This document shows, piece after piece, positions 44,073 through 54,425 of a stretch of 64,000 bases of DNA. The notes beneath the pieces were generated by a model that was not told where the DNA came from, made no database searches, and saw only the letters and a program-made list of their open reading frames with translations. Each line of letters opens with the position of its first letter. The first letter of the stretch is position 1. Source of the stretch: Candidatus Kerfeldbacteria bacterium (lineage in GTDB: Bacteria > Patescibacteriota > Patescibacteriia > SBBC01 > CAIJZX01); the NCBI GenBank assembly GCA_016193315.1, contig JACPSJ010000001.1, positions 471,478 to 535,477 of the forward strand, written 5' to 3'. A program made the translations under genes and the position numbers.

Positions 44073-46036
44073 AGTGGCTCCGCTGGCAACCAAAACTCAT
44101 CGGTCTCCATTTCACGCGGGCTTCACGTTCCCGGCGCCGTTGGCGCCTTTGGTTGCGGCGCGGCCTGTGGTCGTTGGCGGCTCTCGTGACCATCATGGTG
44201 GTGACCGCCGGCTACTACTACCCCAAAGCCAAACACGCGCTGTCCGCCGCACGACAAGCGCAGCAGCTGGCCAAACAATTACCGGGCGACTTGTCGGCCC
44301 AGCGATTTGCGCAGGCCAAGAAGCGGGTGAAAGACCTGCAGGCGGCTATTGACCAAAGCCAGCAAGCGGTCAGCCAGATGGCCGGGCTGCGCCATTGGCC
44401 ATACATCGGTCGTCAGTTCCGGACGGTGGAAACGCTCCTCGTACTTGGTGACGACTCGGTTGAGGCGGTCAAAGCTTTGGTCGATTTTGCGGACCAACTA
44501 CTCAGTCCTTTTGCCAACCGCGGCTCAGTCACCATCGCCAGCATCAGTCGGAAGGAGAAAGGGCAACTTTTGGCCGACATCGCCGCCCACGAGTCTTCAC
44601 TGCGTCGAGCCGAACAGGCGATGGACCGCGCGGCATCAAGACTCAATTTCATCCCCGCCCGTGGCCTTATCCGTCCGCTGGCTAACATCGTCCGGCCGCT
44701 GAAAGAACAATTTCCCCTGCTGCAGCACGGTCTCCAGCAGGCCGTACCGGCCAGCCGAATTTTACCTACCGTCTTGGGCTATCCAGAAGAAAAAAAATAT
44801 CTATTCCTGCTCCAAAATAATACTGAACTACGACCGGGCGGCGGATTCATTGGAACCTATGGCGTCATGAATGTTGCGTCCGGCGAAATCGTCAATCTGA
44901 CGACTGATAACAGCTACAACCTTGAAACCGGCCGCACTCTTCCGATCGTGCCGCCGCCGGAACCAGTGGCGCGGTACCTCAAGACACGTAACTGGTACTT
45001 CCGTGATGCTAACTGGTCACCAGATTTCCCCACCTCAGCCCAGCAAGCACTGTTACTCTACCAGCGCGCCGGCGGCCGACGGGATATCGATGGCGTGGTG
45101 GCCATCACGCCGACAGCCATCACCGCCTTACTCCAACTCGTTGGTCCGATTACTATTGATCGCCTGGAGTTTACGGCCGAAAACTTTACCGATCGCTTGC
45201 AACAATACGTTGACGTTGATTTTCGTCAGGCCGGTGTGAGTGAAGACGACCGGAAAGATATTATTGGCCCATTGACCACTACGTTGGTCGACCGTATCCT
45301 TAGTCTCCCCCTGGCCGACTGGTCAAAGCTCTTCCTGGTCCTCAGTCAGCAGCTGAATGAAAAACAGTTGTTGCTGTCGATGCACGACCCGGTAGTCCAG
45401 AGCGTGTTGGTCGATCAAAATTGGGCCGGCGCCATTGCCTCCCCCGAAGGTGGAGATTCGTTACTAATTGCCGACGCCAATCTGGCCAGTTTAAAAACGG
45501 ATCCAGCCATCGAGCGAAGCTACGAGTACCGTGTTCGGGTAGCCGACGGACGGGCCGAGGGCTGGCTGCAAATTCGCTACCGCCACACTAGACCCTTTGA
45601 TTGGAAAACAACTCGCTACAATACCTACGTCCGGATCTACGTCCCGGACGGGTCAAGGTTACTCGACGCCCAGGGTGCGCAGCTGCGAGAAAAGTCAAAC
45701 GCTCCCGGGCCGGTGACCACCTCGACGGAACTCGGGAAAACGGTGTTTGCGGCTTTTAAATCGATTGAACCGAAAACGGAGAACGCGCTCACCGTTCATT
45801 ACCAGTTGCCGGACCACATCGCTCAATTCCTCGAATCATCACATGAGTACCGCCTGGTGTGGCAAAAACAACCTGGCCTCGAATCCGCTGGGCTGACGCT
45901 GACGGTCACCACCCCAGGTCGCGTGCCAATCCAAGCGTCTAACCTTGACAACCAGGCCCGCCTAAGTAAAGATAGCGTCGCTTTTCAGGGGCCGCTGCGT
46001 GAGGATCGGGCCGCCCTTATTACCTACCGTCGCTAA
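44069..46036 (+). CDS. DUF4012-domain membrane-anchored protein
   Basis: YL.LLQNN.ELRP.GGFIG, RDANWSPDFP.SA, DGVVAI; ATGA overlap at 44069. Confidence 0.88.
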   Translation: MKWLRWQPKLIGLHFTRASRSRRRWRLWLRRGLWSLAALVTIMVVTAGYYYPKAKHALSAARQAQQLAKQLPGDLSAQRFAQAKKRVKDLQAAIDQSQQAVSQMAGLRHWPYIGRQFRTVETLLVLGDDSVEAVKALVDFADQLLSPFANRGSVTIASISRKEKGQLLADIAAHESSLRRAEQAMDRAASRLNFIPARGLIRPLANIVRPLKEQFPLLQHGLQQAVPASRILPTVLGYPEEKKYLFLLQNNTELRPGGGFIGTYGVMNVASGEIVNLTTDNSYNLETGRTLPIVPPPEPVARYLKTRNWYFRDANWSPDFPTSAQQALLLYQRAGGRRDIDGVVAITPTAITALLQLVGPITIDRLEFTAENFTDRLQQYVDVDFRQAGVSEDDRKDIIGPLTTTLVDRILSLPLADWSKLFLVLSQQLNEKQLLLSMHDPVVQSVLVDQNWAGAIASPEGGDSLLIADANLASLKTDPAIERSYEYRVRVADGRAEGWLQIRYRHTRPFDWKTTRYNTYVRIYVPDGSRLLDAQGAQLREKSNAPGPVTTSTELGKTVFAAFKSIEPKTENALTVHYQLPDHIAQFLESSHEYRLVWQKQPGLESAGLTLTVTTPGRVPIQASNLDNQARLSKDSVAFQGPLREDRAALITYRR

Positions 46037-46040
46037 CTCC

Positions 46041-47048
46041 ATGTTCACCCGACGTATCGGGATTGATCTCGGCACCACCTATACGTTAGTTCACTTACCC
46101 GGTCGCGGAATTGTTCTCAACGAACCGTCAGTGGTAGCAATATCACTGCTCGACAAGAAAGTACTGGCGGTTGGTGACGAAGCAAAAGAGATGATTGGCC
46201 GCACCCCTGACACCATTGTTGCTTCACGCCCACTGAAGGATGGGGTGATTGCTGACTATCGCACCACCGAAGCAATGTTGCGCTACTTTATTAATAAGGC
46301 GCTCGGGGGGGTGCGTTTTTTTCGGGCCGAGGTGATGGTCGCGGTCCCCGGCGGCATCACCTCAACTGAACGTCGAGCCGTGATCGATGCGACGTTAGCG
46401 GCCGGAGCCCGGGCCGCGTATATCATCAAGGAACCGATCGCGGCGGCCATCGGTGCCAATATCCCCATTGGTTCGCCATCCGGGCACATGATCATAGATA
46501 TCGGAGGTGGGACGTCAGAAATCGCCGTCTTGTCGCTGGGGGGCATCGTGGTCAACACCTCGGTTCGGATTGGCGGGAACAAATTCGACTACGCCATTCA
46601 GGAACATGTGCGCAAGAAATACGGCTTGGCGATCGGCGAACGGACCGCCGAAGATATTAAGATTACTATTGGCAGCGCCTTAGTGATGGATGATAAGTTG
46701 TCAACTGATATCCGCGGTCGTGACATGATCACGGGCTTGCCGCGGACGGTCACCATCGTCTCCGATGATGTGACGGAAGCCATCCAGAACGAGCTGGCCG
46801 GTATCATCCAAGCGATCAAGAACGTCTTACAGGATACGCCCCCCGAACTGTCGGCGGACGTGATGGACAAAGGCATGGTCCTGAGCGGCGGTTCGTCCTT
46901 GCTGCGTAATATCGACAAGCTCCTCGCTCAGGCTATCGGAGTCCCAGCCTATGTGGCGGATGAGCCTGAACTCTGTGTCGCCCGCGGCACTGGCGTGGCG
47001 CTTGACAATCTCGAATCGTACAAGCGGAGTATTCTGGCCACCAGATAA
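46041..47048 (+). CDS. mreB: Rod shape-determining protein MreB/Mbl paralog 1
   Basis: IGIDLGT, NEPSVVA, PLKDGVIAD, EPIAAAIGA, DIGGGT, TPPEL. Confidence 0.95.
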   Translation: MFTRRIGIDLGTTYTLVHLPGRGIVLNEPSVVAISLLDKKVLAVGDEAKEMIGRTPDTIVASRPLKDGVIADYRTTEAMLRYFINKALGGVRFFRAEVMVAVPGGITSTERRAVIDATLAAGARAAYIIKEPIAAAIGANIPIGSPSGHMIIDIGGGTSEIAVLSLGGIVVNTSVRIGGNKFDYAIQEHVRKKYGLAIGERTAEDIKITIGSALVMDDKLSTDIRGRDMITGLPRTVTIVSDDVTEAIQNELAGIIQAIKNVLQDTPPELSADVMDKGMVLSGGSSLLRNIDKLLAQAIGVPAYVADEPELCVARGTGVALDNLESYKRSILATR

Positions 47049-48244
47049 TGGTCATTGGCATCGACGCCTCTCGGGCCAACGAGCGGGAAAAGACAGGTAC
47101 CGAGTGGTACAGTTGGCACCTGCTACGCGTCCTCGTGCCGCTGCTTGGCGAGCACCGAGTTCGACTCTACACCCGCGAGCCGCTTGAACCGATTCTCCGG
47201 CAGCTTGGACCGCCGGTGGAAGAGCGCGTGCTTCGTTGGCCACCGGGGGTACTGTGGAGCCATCTTCGATTGTCGTGGGAACTTCTCTGGTCGCCGCCGG
47301 ATGTTCTCCTGATCACCGCTGATACCGTTCCGCTTATCCACCCGCGTCGAACGTATACCACTATCCATGACGTGGCTTTCGAGCGCTTCCCGGCCCTCTA
47401 TGCCCAACACTCAGTTCAACGACGCCTCGGGTGGCTACGGCCGGTCATTCATCTAGCTGTTCGAATCGTCACCCTCGGCCGGTACAGCGCTTCAGAACTT
47501 GACTACCACCGCTGGTCTGTCCGTCACGCCTTACGCGCCAGCCGAAAGATCCTGACCGTTTCGGAGTTTACGAAGTCTGAACTAGTCAGCCTTTTGGGAG
47601 CCGGGCCAGAGCAGGTAGTCGTCACGTCGCAAGGGGTCAGCCAGCCAGCTTCGTTTGTGACGGTTGATGAGCATCAGATCCAAACCATCCTGGCACGATT
47701 GGGGCTGTCGCGACCATACTTTTTGTTTCTGGGCCGCCTGGAAGCCAAAAAGAATATCGAATTACTGGTCCATGGTTATGTTGAGTATCGTCGTCAGGCG
47801 GCCCGGCCAGTCAATTTAGTCTTGGTGGGAAATCCTGGACAAGGATGGGCGGGAGTCGGGGCCTGGCTTCACCAAGCAAAACGTAGACAAGGCATTTACC
47901 AGCTCGGCTGGCAGTCGCCGAATGATTTACGAGTGCTACAGAAAGGAGCGTCGGGTTTTGTATTCTTGTCGCAATACGAAGGTTTCGGCCGGCCGCCTCT
48001 CGAGTCGCTGAGCGCTCGGGTGCCGGTATTGGCTAGCCGCACGGCCGCCCTCCCAGAAGTTCTAGGTTCATGCGCCCTCTATGTTGACCAGCTGGACCCG
48101 AGCCACGTCGCCCGGGGGCTGGCCCGATTGGCGGAGGACGAACCGCTGCGTGCGAGTTTAGTCAGGTGCGGCCTGCAACGCGTTCAGCAGTTCACCTGGG
48201 AGGAAACCGCCCGACGAACCGTGGCCGTACTCCTCTCAGCGTAG
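47048..48244 (+). CDS. GT4 glycosyltransferase
   Basis: IGIDA, TIHD, TVSEFTK, GR...KN, YEGFG.P.LE, FTWE. Confidence 0.93.
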   Translation: MVIGIDASRANEREKTGTEWYSWHLLRVLVPLLGEHRVRLYTREPLEPILRQLGPPVEERVLRWPPGVLWSHLRLSWELLWSPPDVLLITADTVPLIHPRRTYTTIHDVAFERFPALYAQHSVQRRLGWLRPVIHLAVRIVTLGRYSASELDYHRWSVRHALRASRKILTVSEFTKSELVSLLGAGPEQVVVTSQGVSQPASFVTVDEHQIQTILARLGLSRPYFLFLGRLEAKKNIELLVHGYVEYRRQAARPVNLVLVGNPGQGWAGVGAWLHQAKRRQGIYQLGWQSPNDLRVLQKGASGFVFLSQYEGFGRPPLESLSARVPVLASRTAALPEVLGSCALYVDQLDPSHVARGLARLAEDEPLRASLVRCGLQRVQQFTWEETARRTVAVLLSA

Positions 48245-48288
48245 CCCTTGCATATTGGCGGTCATCATGGTAGAGTTTGCTTCGTTCC

Positions 48289-49296
48289 GTGACTACCCGC
48301 CGCAACAGTCCATCCCGATCGGCGGCTCGCTGGCCATTTCTCGGCCAGGAGCGCCTTGGGTATCGACTCCTGGCGGCACTGCAAGCTGACCAATTGCCAC
48401 CGTCGGTGCTCTTTGCTGGGCCCGCTCAGCTCGGGAAACGTTCGGCCGCGCGCTGGTTGGCAAGGTTTGATCGTTGCTTGTCGGCCGGCCGGCGGCCATG
48501 TGATCACTGTCTTAGTTGCCGCCAGCTGGCAGTTGATCAGCATCCTCAAGTCTCGACCCTGACGGCGAACAACGACCACCCCCTCAGGATTGATGCTATT
48601 CGTCAGGCGACACGAAGTTTCCCCTTCCGTCTTGACCCTTCCGAACGCCGTTGGCTCATCATCCTCCACGCTGAATTGATGACCGAAAGTGCAAGCAACG
48701 CCCTCCTAAAATTTCTTGAAGAATCCCCAGCCGGTGTCATGACGGTGCTAACGACCAATAACCTAGCCCAACTACCAGCCACGATTGTCTCGCGATCAGC
48801 CGTTTACTTTTGGCACCTCGTCCCGCCACAAAAAATGATTACTCAACTGAGATTGTGGTTGGTCGAACGCGCCCTGCCCCCGACGATTCGTCCGGCCGAC
48901 ATCATCGCTCGCGCGGCCGGCCGCCCCGGACTACTCCATCGTCTCGCTCAGCAACCGCAGGTCCTGATCGATGAACTCGAATTATTAGCCGTTTTTTTTC
49001 GAGCTTTTGTCGGGCGTGAGGCAGCCGCCATCCAATCTCTCTTGTCCGAAATTGATGACCGCCTGAATGAAAACTATTTTCATCTCTGGGAACTTGGTTT
49101 ACGTGAACTACTGTTAGCCAAGTTGAACCTGACGAGTCGCCGCCTCTGGCCGAGCTGGCATGATCGGCTTGAGCGTTACATTGAAGATATCTCGCTGGCC
49201 GAATTACTGGCTCGCTCCGACCGCTGGCTGGAACGATTTCGTCTCTTTCATCACCATGTGGCACCCCGACTTGTCGCCGCCGACCTCCTGGCCTAG
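48289..49296 (+). CDS. holB: DNA polymerase III delta' subunit
   Basis: GP...GK, zinc module C..PCDHCLSC, HP, M...SNALLKFLEE.P, TIVSRS; start uncertain (48277 or 48289). Confidence 0.85.
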   Translation: MTTRRNSPSRSAARWPFLGQERLGYRLLAALQADQLPPSVLFAGPAQLGKRSAARWLARFDRCLSAGRRPCDHCLSCRQLAVDQHPQVSTLTANNDHPLRIDAIRQATRSFPFRLDPSERRWLIILHAELMTESASNALLKFLEESPAGVMTVLTTNNLAQLPATIVSRSAVYFWHLVPPQKMITQLRLWLVERALPPTIRPADIIARAAGRPGLLHRLAQQPQVLIDELELLAVFFRAFVGREAAAIQSLLSEIDDRLNENYFHLWELGLRELLLAKLNLTSRRLWPSWHDRLERYIEDISLAELLARSDRWLERFRLFHHHVAPRLVAADLLA

Positions 49297-50365
49297 GCTT
49301 AAGCCGCTCGTAGTCACCCTGGCGGCACTCCTCCTCCTGGGGCAGGGGTGCACCATTCGCATCGGTCAGCCGACCACGAACGACGGCGGTGTCTTCCGTT
49401 CCGATGACCACGGGCAAACCTGGATGCAGAAAACGTTTGTCGGCCGGCAAAAAAAACGCCTCCTCACTATTAGCGATGTCTCCGGAGTCGCACTCGTCTT
49501 TGATCCTCGCGACCACAAACACATCTTTCTCGGCACGCGCGTGAACGGCCTGTGGCAGACAACGGATAGCGGGGAACATTGGCAGCCCACTACCCTCCGG
49601 GCTGGCCGCTTCGACTGCCTCAGCTTTGATCCGGATAACAGCCAGATTCTGTACACGGCTAGCGGCAGCACCGTGCTGAAAAGTACCGACGGTGGGGGCA
49701 GTTGGAGCCCGGTCTACCTCGAAGCTCAGCCCGGCCACATCGTCAAGTGTGTCATTGTCAATCCCCTGGCCGGTAATGAGATTTGGGCTCTCACCAGCGG
49801 CGGCAAACTGATCCTCAGCCAGGATTATGGTCAACGCTGGACAGTGCGGACCACCATGACGCCATTGGAACCGCGGCGGCTGACTTTTGACTTCGATGGC
49901 TCCGGTCGAATCTATGTCTTTTCCACCACCGGCGGTATTTATGTCATTCGTGATCACGGAACAACGGTGGAAAATCTTAGCGCCCCTCTCCAATCGTTTT
50001 CCGGCGGCAGCGACATCCGGGCCGTCACCATTGTGAGTGGACCCACCCCATCATGGTATTTGGGCACGCTCTATGGTTTGCTGGTTAGCCACGATCGCGG
50101 CCTAACCTGGACCAGTATTCCGACCCTGGTGACGCCCCGGAGTGTAGCCATCGAAAACGTGGCCGTTAACCCCCGTCAGTCAGATGAGATCTTTATCATT
50201 GCCGGCCAAAAACTTCATCGGACTACTAACGGTGGTACGTCATGGTCGGTCAGCACCCTGCCAACCAAGCGAATTCCTACCCTCCTGACATTTGATCCGA
50301 CCGACCCCGACCAGCTCTACATTTCCACCCTCAAGCCAGTGAAGAAAAAATCAGGTCTGTTTTAG
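49256..50365 (+). CDS. BNR/Asp-box beta-propeller lipoprotein (YCF48/sortilin-like)
   Basis: LLLLGQGC lipobox-like; repeated S.D.G.TW Asp-boxes. Confidence 0.85.
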   Translation: MWHPDLSPPTSWPRLKPLVVTLAALLLLGQGCTIRIGQPTTNDGGVFRSDDHGQTWMQKTFVGRQKKRLLTISDVSGVALVFDPRDHKHIFLGTRVNGLWQTTDSGEHWQPTTLRAGRFDCLSFDPDNSQILYTASGSTVLKSTDGGGSWSPVYLEAQPGHIVKCVIVNPLAGNEIWALTSGGKLILSQDYGQRWTVRTTMTPLEPRRLTFDFDGSGRIYVFSTTGGIYVIRDHGTTVENLSAPLQSFSGGSDIRAVTIVSGPTPSWYLGTLYGLLVSHDRGLTWTSIPTLVTPRSVAIENVAVNPRQSDEIFIIAGQKLHRTTNGGTSWSVSTLPTKRIPTLLTFDPTDPDQLYISTLKPVKKKSGLF

Positions 50366-50369
50366 CGCC

Positions 50370-50921
50370 GTGGACTACCTCACCATTCTGGCTTCCCACA
50401 TCCAGCGAGCACGCGATTTTCTTGAGCGCGAACTGGCTGGCCTGCGAACGGGACGGGCTAATCCCAGCTTGATCGAACGCCTGTCAATCAGCTGCTATGG
50501 TAGCGTCAGTCCGCTGCAGGAGGTGGCCGCCATTCACAGTCCAGAGCCACAGCAGCTCGTCGTCCAACCATGGGACCCGGGTATTATCAGGGATATCGAG
50601 CGCGCTCTCAGCCAGTCTACGCTTGGAGTCACGCCAGTCGTGGAGGGTAAGATTATTCGTCTCCCGTTTCCACCCATGACCGATGATCGACGTCAGGAAC
50701 TGCTCCGCCTAGTTAAAGACAAAGGTGAACAAGCGAAGGTTCGTATTCGCGTGGGCCGCGAAGAAGTAGTGAAAAAGTTACGTCAACAAGAACGTGACCG
50801 GCAGATATCCGAAGACGAACTCGAGGCCGCGATGAAAACTATCCAGTCACGTGTCGATCAGGCGACGACTGACATCGATGCCAGCCTGACGCGCAAAAGA
50901 GACGAGTTAGAAACGCGCTAG
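50370..50921 (+). CDS. frr: Ribosome recycling factor
   Basis: LRTGRANP, YG...L, QPWD, P.MTDDRR.EL, ISEDE. Confidence 0.96.
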   Translation: MDYLTILASHIQRARDFLERELAGLRTGRANPSLIERLSISCYGSVSPLQEVAAIHSPEPQQLVVQPWDPGIIRDIERALSQSTLGVTPVVEGKIIRLPFPPMTDDRRQELLRLVKDKGEQAKVRIRVGREEVVKKLRQQERDRQISEDELEAAMKTIQSRVDQATTDIDASLTRKRDELETR

Positions 50922-50922
50922 C

Positions 50923-52026
50923 ATGACCTTGCTCCTCTTTATCCTTATCCTTAGCCTGTTGGTCTTTGTTCATGAGCTAGGTCATTTTCTAGCGGCCCGC
51001 CGTTTTGGGATCGGTGTTCTGGAGTTCGGCTTTGGATTCCCACCTCGTCTGCGGGGCTGGCGGCGTGGTCAAACATTGTGGTCAATCAACCTAATCCCCT
51101 TCGGCGGCTTTGTTCGGCTCGAGGGCGAGACTGATCGTCAATCGAGCAGCCCCACCAGTTTTGCCCAGGCTTCGTGGGCCAAGAAATTTGTCATTTTGGC
51201 GGCCGGCGTCCTGATGAACTACGTCCTCGCCTGGTTGTTGCTATCAATTGTCCTGAGCGTCGGTGTCACCGTTGACCCCACCACCATTGGTCGTGACTCC
51301 TACCAGCGTCTGACACAGCGTCGTCTTGAGGCCTTTGTTTCCCCCGGTGGCTCGGCAGCCGCAGCTGGACTCCGATCCGGCGATACCATCGAGTCGATTA
51401 ATGGGCAAACTTTCGTATCAACGGACAGTTTAATCGCCTATGCGCGGTCCCAGGACTACCCACCACTGACCATTGTCTTCCGCCCAGCCTCAGGTCCATC
51501 CCGGACGGCGATGATCAACCCTCGGGCGGCCAGCGGCACTGATCGCCCGCTCTATGGCTTTGGTCTTCAAAGTTTAGCCACCATTCGTTACCCCTGGTAC
51601 GTGACACCGTTCTTCGGCCTGAAACAGACCCTCAGCCTGACGAACCAAACATGGAAGGGCATTGCGCAGCTAGCACGTGAACTGGTTGTCTCCGGACGCG
51701 TCAGTCAGGATTTAACTGGCCCGGTCGGCATCGCGGTCCTGATCGGCGAAATCCGACAGTTGGGCCTGCTGGCTGTCCTCCAGTTTGTAGCCATCCTGTC
51801 CATTAGCCTGGCGGTTATTAATTTTTTACCATTACCCGCCCTCGACGGTGGTCGGGCAGTGTTTGCCGTGGTCGAACAGATCCGTGGCCGTCCGTTAAGC
51901 TCGCGCTGGGAACAGGCCATCCATGCGGCCGGCTTCTACCTCATCCTCCTGCTGCTGATTATCATCAGCATCCATGATGCCCAACGCTTCAATCTCTTTC
52001 AACGACTCTTCCGTCTCGACCAATAA
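50923..52026 (+). CDS. rseP: RseP-like site-2 protease (M50) with PDZ domain
   Basis: HELGH, EFGFGFPP, IPFGGFV, AGV.MN, GPVGI, NFLPLPALDGG. Confidence 0.95.
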   Translation: MTLLLFILILSLLVFVHELGHFLAARRFGIGVLEFGFGFPPRLRGWRRGQTLWSINLIPFGGFVRLEGETDRQSSSPTSFAQASWAKKFVILAAGVLMNYVLAWLLLSIVLSVGVTVDPTTIGRDSYQRLTQRRLEAFVSPGGSAAAAGLRSGDTIESINGQTFVSTDSLIAYARSQDYPPLTIVFRPASGPSRTAMINPRAASGTDRPLYGFGLQSLATIRYPWYVTPFFGLKQTLSLTNQTWKGIAQLARELVVSGRVSQDLTGPVGIAVLIGEIRQLGLLAVLQFVAILSISLAVINFLPLPALDGGRAVFAVVEQIRGRPLSSRWEQAIHAAGFYLILLLLIIISIHDAQRFNLFQRLFRLDQ

Positions 52027-52028
52027 CT

Positions 52029-53084
52029 ATGTTGAATAAGGTTCTCGGGCGCTTCTCGCACGATCTCGGCATCGACCTCGGTACCACCAACACCTTGGTC
52101 TACGTCCGCGACCACGGCATCGTCATGAACGAACCTTCGGTGGTAGCGGTCAATACGCGGACGAGTCAGGTCCTGGCCGTTGGTGAAGCCGCTCGGCGTA
52201 TGGTCGGAAAAACTCCGGCCCACATTGTCGCCAGCCGGCCCCTCGTGGACGGTGTAATTTCTGATTTCGAGGTGACGGAAAAAATGCTGAAATATTTTTT
52301 TGACCGAGTACACCGGGATTCACTCGGGTGGTTGCCGCGGCCTCGCGTGGTCATCGGCATTCCGCTCGGGGTGACCGAAGTCGAACGCAAGGCGGTCGAG
52401 GATGCCACTTTACACGCTGGGGCACGGGAAGTTTATCTGATTGAGGAGCCGATGGCCGCGGCCATCGGCGCCCGACTACCGATCCACGACGCTTCAGGTA
52501 ACATGGTGGTTGATATTGGCGGCGGGACAACGGAAATTGCCGTCATCTCTCTGGGCGGCGTTGTCGCCTGGCGTTCCCTCCGTTTGGCCGGCAATCGACT
52601 GGATCAAGACATCATCCAGTACGCCCGTGACCATTTTAATTTGTTACTTGGGGAACGCACGGCCGAAGAGATCAAAATGAAAATCGGGACCGTCTGGGAG
52701 CCGATGGAGGCGACGGAAACGAAAATGCGCGGCCGTGATTTGATTACTGGTCTACCGAAGGAAGTGGCCATCACGAGTGTCCAAGTGCACGATGCCCTGC
52801 AGCGTCCAATTCGGACCATTATCGAGAACATCAAGGCCACGCTCGAAAGTACCCCCCCCGAACTGGTGGCCGATATTTTCGAACGTGGCGTCCTGCTGGC
52901 CGGCGGTGGCGCTCTGCTCCGCGGCATCGGCCAAGCGATTCAAGCTGAGACCCAAATCCCGATTCATGTCGACGATGATCCATTGACCGCGGTGGTTCGT
53001 GGCACCGGTATTGTTTTGGAGGATCTTCAGTACCTACGAAAAGTTCTGGTCATGTCTAACGAGGACCAACCAACGAGCGTCTAG
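52029..53084 (+). CDS. mreB: Rod shape-determining protein MreB paralog 2
   Basis: GIDLGTTNT, NEPSVVA, TEVER.AV, EEPMAAAIGA, DIGGGTTE; heads mreC-mreD-mrdA. Confidence 0.97.
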   Translation: MLNKVLGRFSHDLGIDLGTTNTLVYVRDHGIVMNEPSVVAVNTRTSQVLAVGEAARRMVGKTPAHIVASRPLVDGVISDFEVTEKMLKYFFDRVHRDSLGWLPRPRVVIGIPLGVTEVERKAVEDATLHAGAREVYLIEEPMAAAIGARLPIHDASGNMVVDIGGGTTEIAVISLGGVVAWRSLRLAGNRLDQDIIQYARDHFNLLLGERTAEEIKMKIGTVWEPMEATETKMRGRDLITGLPKEVAITSVQVHDALQRPIRTIIENIKATLESTPPELVADIFERGVLLAGGGALLRGIGQAIQAETQIPIHVDDDPLTAVVRGTGIVLEDLQYLRKVLVMSNEDQPTSV

Positions 53085-53104
53085 GTGGTTGAGTTTTCCT
53101 GGCC

Positions 53105-53887
53105 ATGAAAACCCGGTACATCCGCCCCAACGTTTTCACCTTGACAGCTCTGATGATAGTTTTCTTGTGGCTAGTTGGAGGTCGACTTGAATGGTCCGCT
53201 GGCCTACTCTTGCGACCGGCAACGAAGGCCGTCGGAACGGTACGTCGCTGGCTGGTGATGCCGGCTGACGTGGCGGCGCTTCGTCACGAACGGGACGCGC
53301 TACAACAACAATTGCTTGCTGTCAGCCAGCAGTTAGCCGAGGCGCGTGGGCGTCTCGAGGTGGCCGCCAACCTAAGCCAACTAGCAGAGTTTCTAGACCA
53401 AGCCAACATTTCCTCAATCACCGCCTCGGTCATCGCTTACAGCCCAGACCCCGGTGTTCAGAGTATCGCTATCCAGCGGGGACGTCGGCACGGTGTCACT
53501 GAAGGTCTGGCCGTAGTCGCCAGTGATGGCACCATGGTTGGGACGGTGGCTCGAGTTCATAACCAGACCGCTACGGTGCGGCTCTTGACCGACGGTCAGT
53601 CACGGGTGCTGGCGAAAGTGGGCAACCAAAGCTCCAGTCGCGGTCTCATTCGCGGTGAGCGCGGGTTAACCATGATCATGGAATTCATCCCGAAGAACGA
53701 CCGACTGGGGCCCGGCCAAATCGTGGCCACCTCCGATCTCGATCCTCGCATTCCGCCTGATCTTTTGATTGGCACGGTCGAACATGTCCAACTCCAGCCC
53801 GGAGCGTTATTCCAATCGGCGCGCGTTCGTTCCGCGACCACCTTCAATCGTTTGGGACTCGTCGCCGTCGTGAAGCCCCATCTATGA
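53105..53887 (+). CDS. mreC: Rod shape-determining protein MreC
   Basis: TM plus coiled coil; I.RG...GV..G.AV....G.VG.V, TS......P....IG.V. Confidence 0.9.
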   Translation: MKTRYIRPNVFTLTALMIVFLWLVGGRLEWSAGLLLRPATKAVGTVRRWLVMPADVAALRHERDALQQQLLAVSQQLAEARGRLEVAANLSQLAEFLDQANISSITASVIAYSPDPGVQSIAIQRGRRHGVTEGLAVVASDGTMVGTVARVHNQTATVRLLTDGQSRVLAKVGNQSSSRGLIRGERGLTMIMEFIPKNDRLGPGQIVATSDLDPRIPPDLLIGTVEHVQLQPGALFQSARVRSATTFNRLGLVAVVKPHL

Positions 53888-54423
53888 CAGGTCAGGTAGC
53901 GAAGAGCATCCTGATTCTAGTCATTATTATTATTGTCGTGACCGCGGATCTAGCCGGCATCAAGGCCATACCTGGACTGGCGGTCGTTATCCAACCATCG
54001 TTACTGCTGACGATGATTCTCACCCTCACCCAAGGTTGGCGCTTCGGGTTGTTAGCGGCGCTCGTCGCCGGCGGGTTTTATCAGCTAGTTTCAACCTTCA
54101 CGCCATGGGCGCCCATCTTGGCTTTCGTCGGCACCGCCACCCTGGTCTCCTTCCTAACGCGACGTGTACTGACCACCAAATCGACCATGAGCTTCTTGAG
54201 TTTGATGGCCATCGGAACGTTCGGGTTTTACCTCATCCTGGTTGGCGTGGCCGGCGTCGCCTACGCTCTTAATCCGCACCAGTCCAAGCCGCTACTGCTG
54301 ATGTGGTTGCCACCACTTCTATTCCAACTGATCTCCCATCCGTTCCTCGGTTGGCTGTTTTGGCGCTTGACCAATCGACGGCAACGGTTGACCCAAGCCA
54401 CCACGCCCGATTATCAATTCTAG
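53884..54423 (+). CDS. mreD: MreD-like membrane protein
   Basis: Five hydrophobic helices between mreC and mrdA; call rests mainly on synteny. Confidence 0.65.
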   Translation: MTGQVAKSILILVIIIIVVTADLAGIKAIPGLAVVIQPSLLLTMILTLTQGWRFGLLAALVAGGFYQLVSTFTPWAPILAFVGTATLVSFLTRRVLTTKSTMSFLSLMAIGTFGFYLILVGVAGVAYALNPHQSKPLLLMWLPPLLFQLISHPFLGWLFWRLTNRRQRLTQATTPDYQF

Positions 54424-54425
54424 GC

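Noticed and set aside
28156-49993. Long antisense ORFs (e.g. 28156-29040, 31387-32070, 48902-49993)
   Set aside because: They lie opposite well-supported genes, lack motifs, and are expected in GC-rich DNA.
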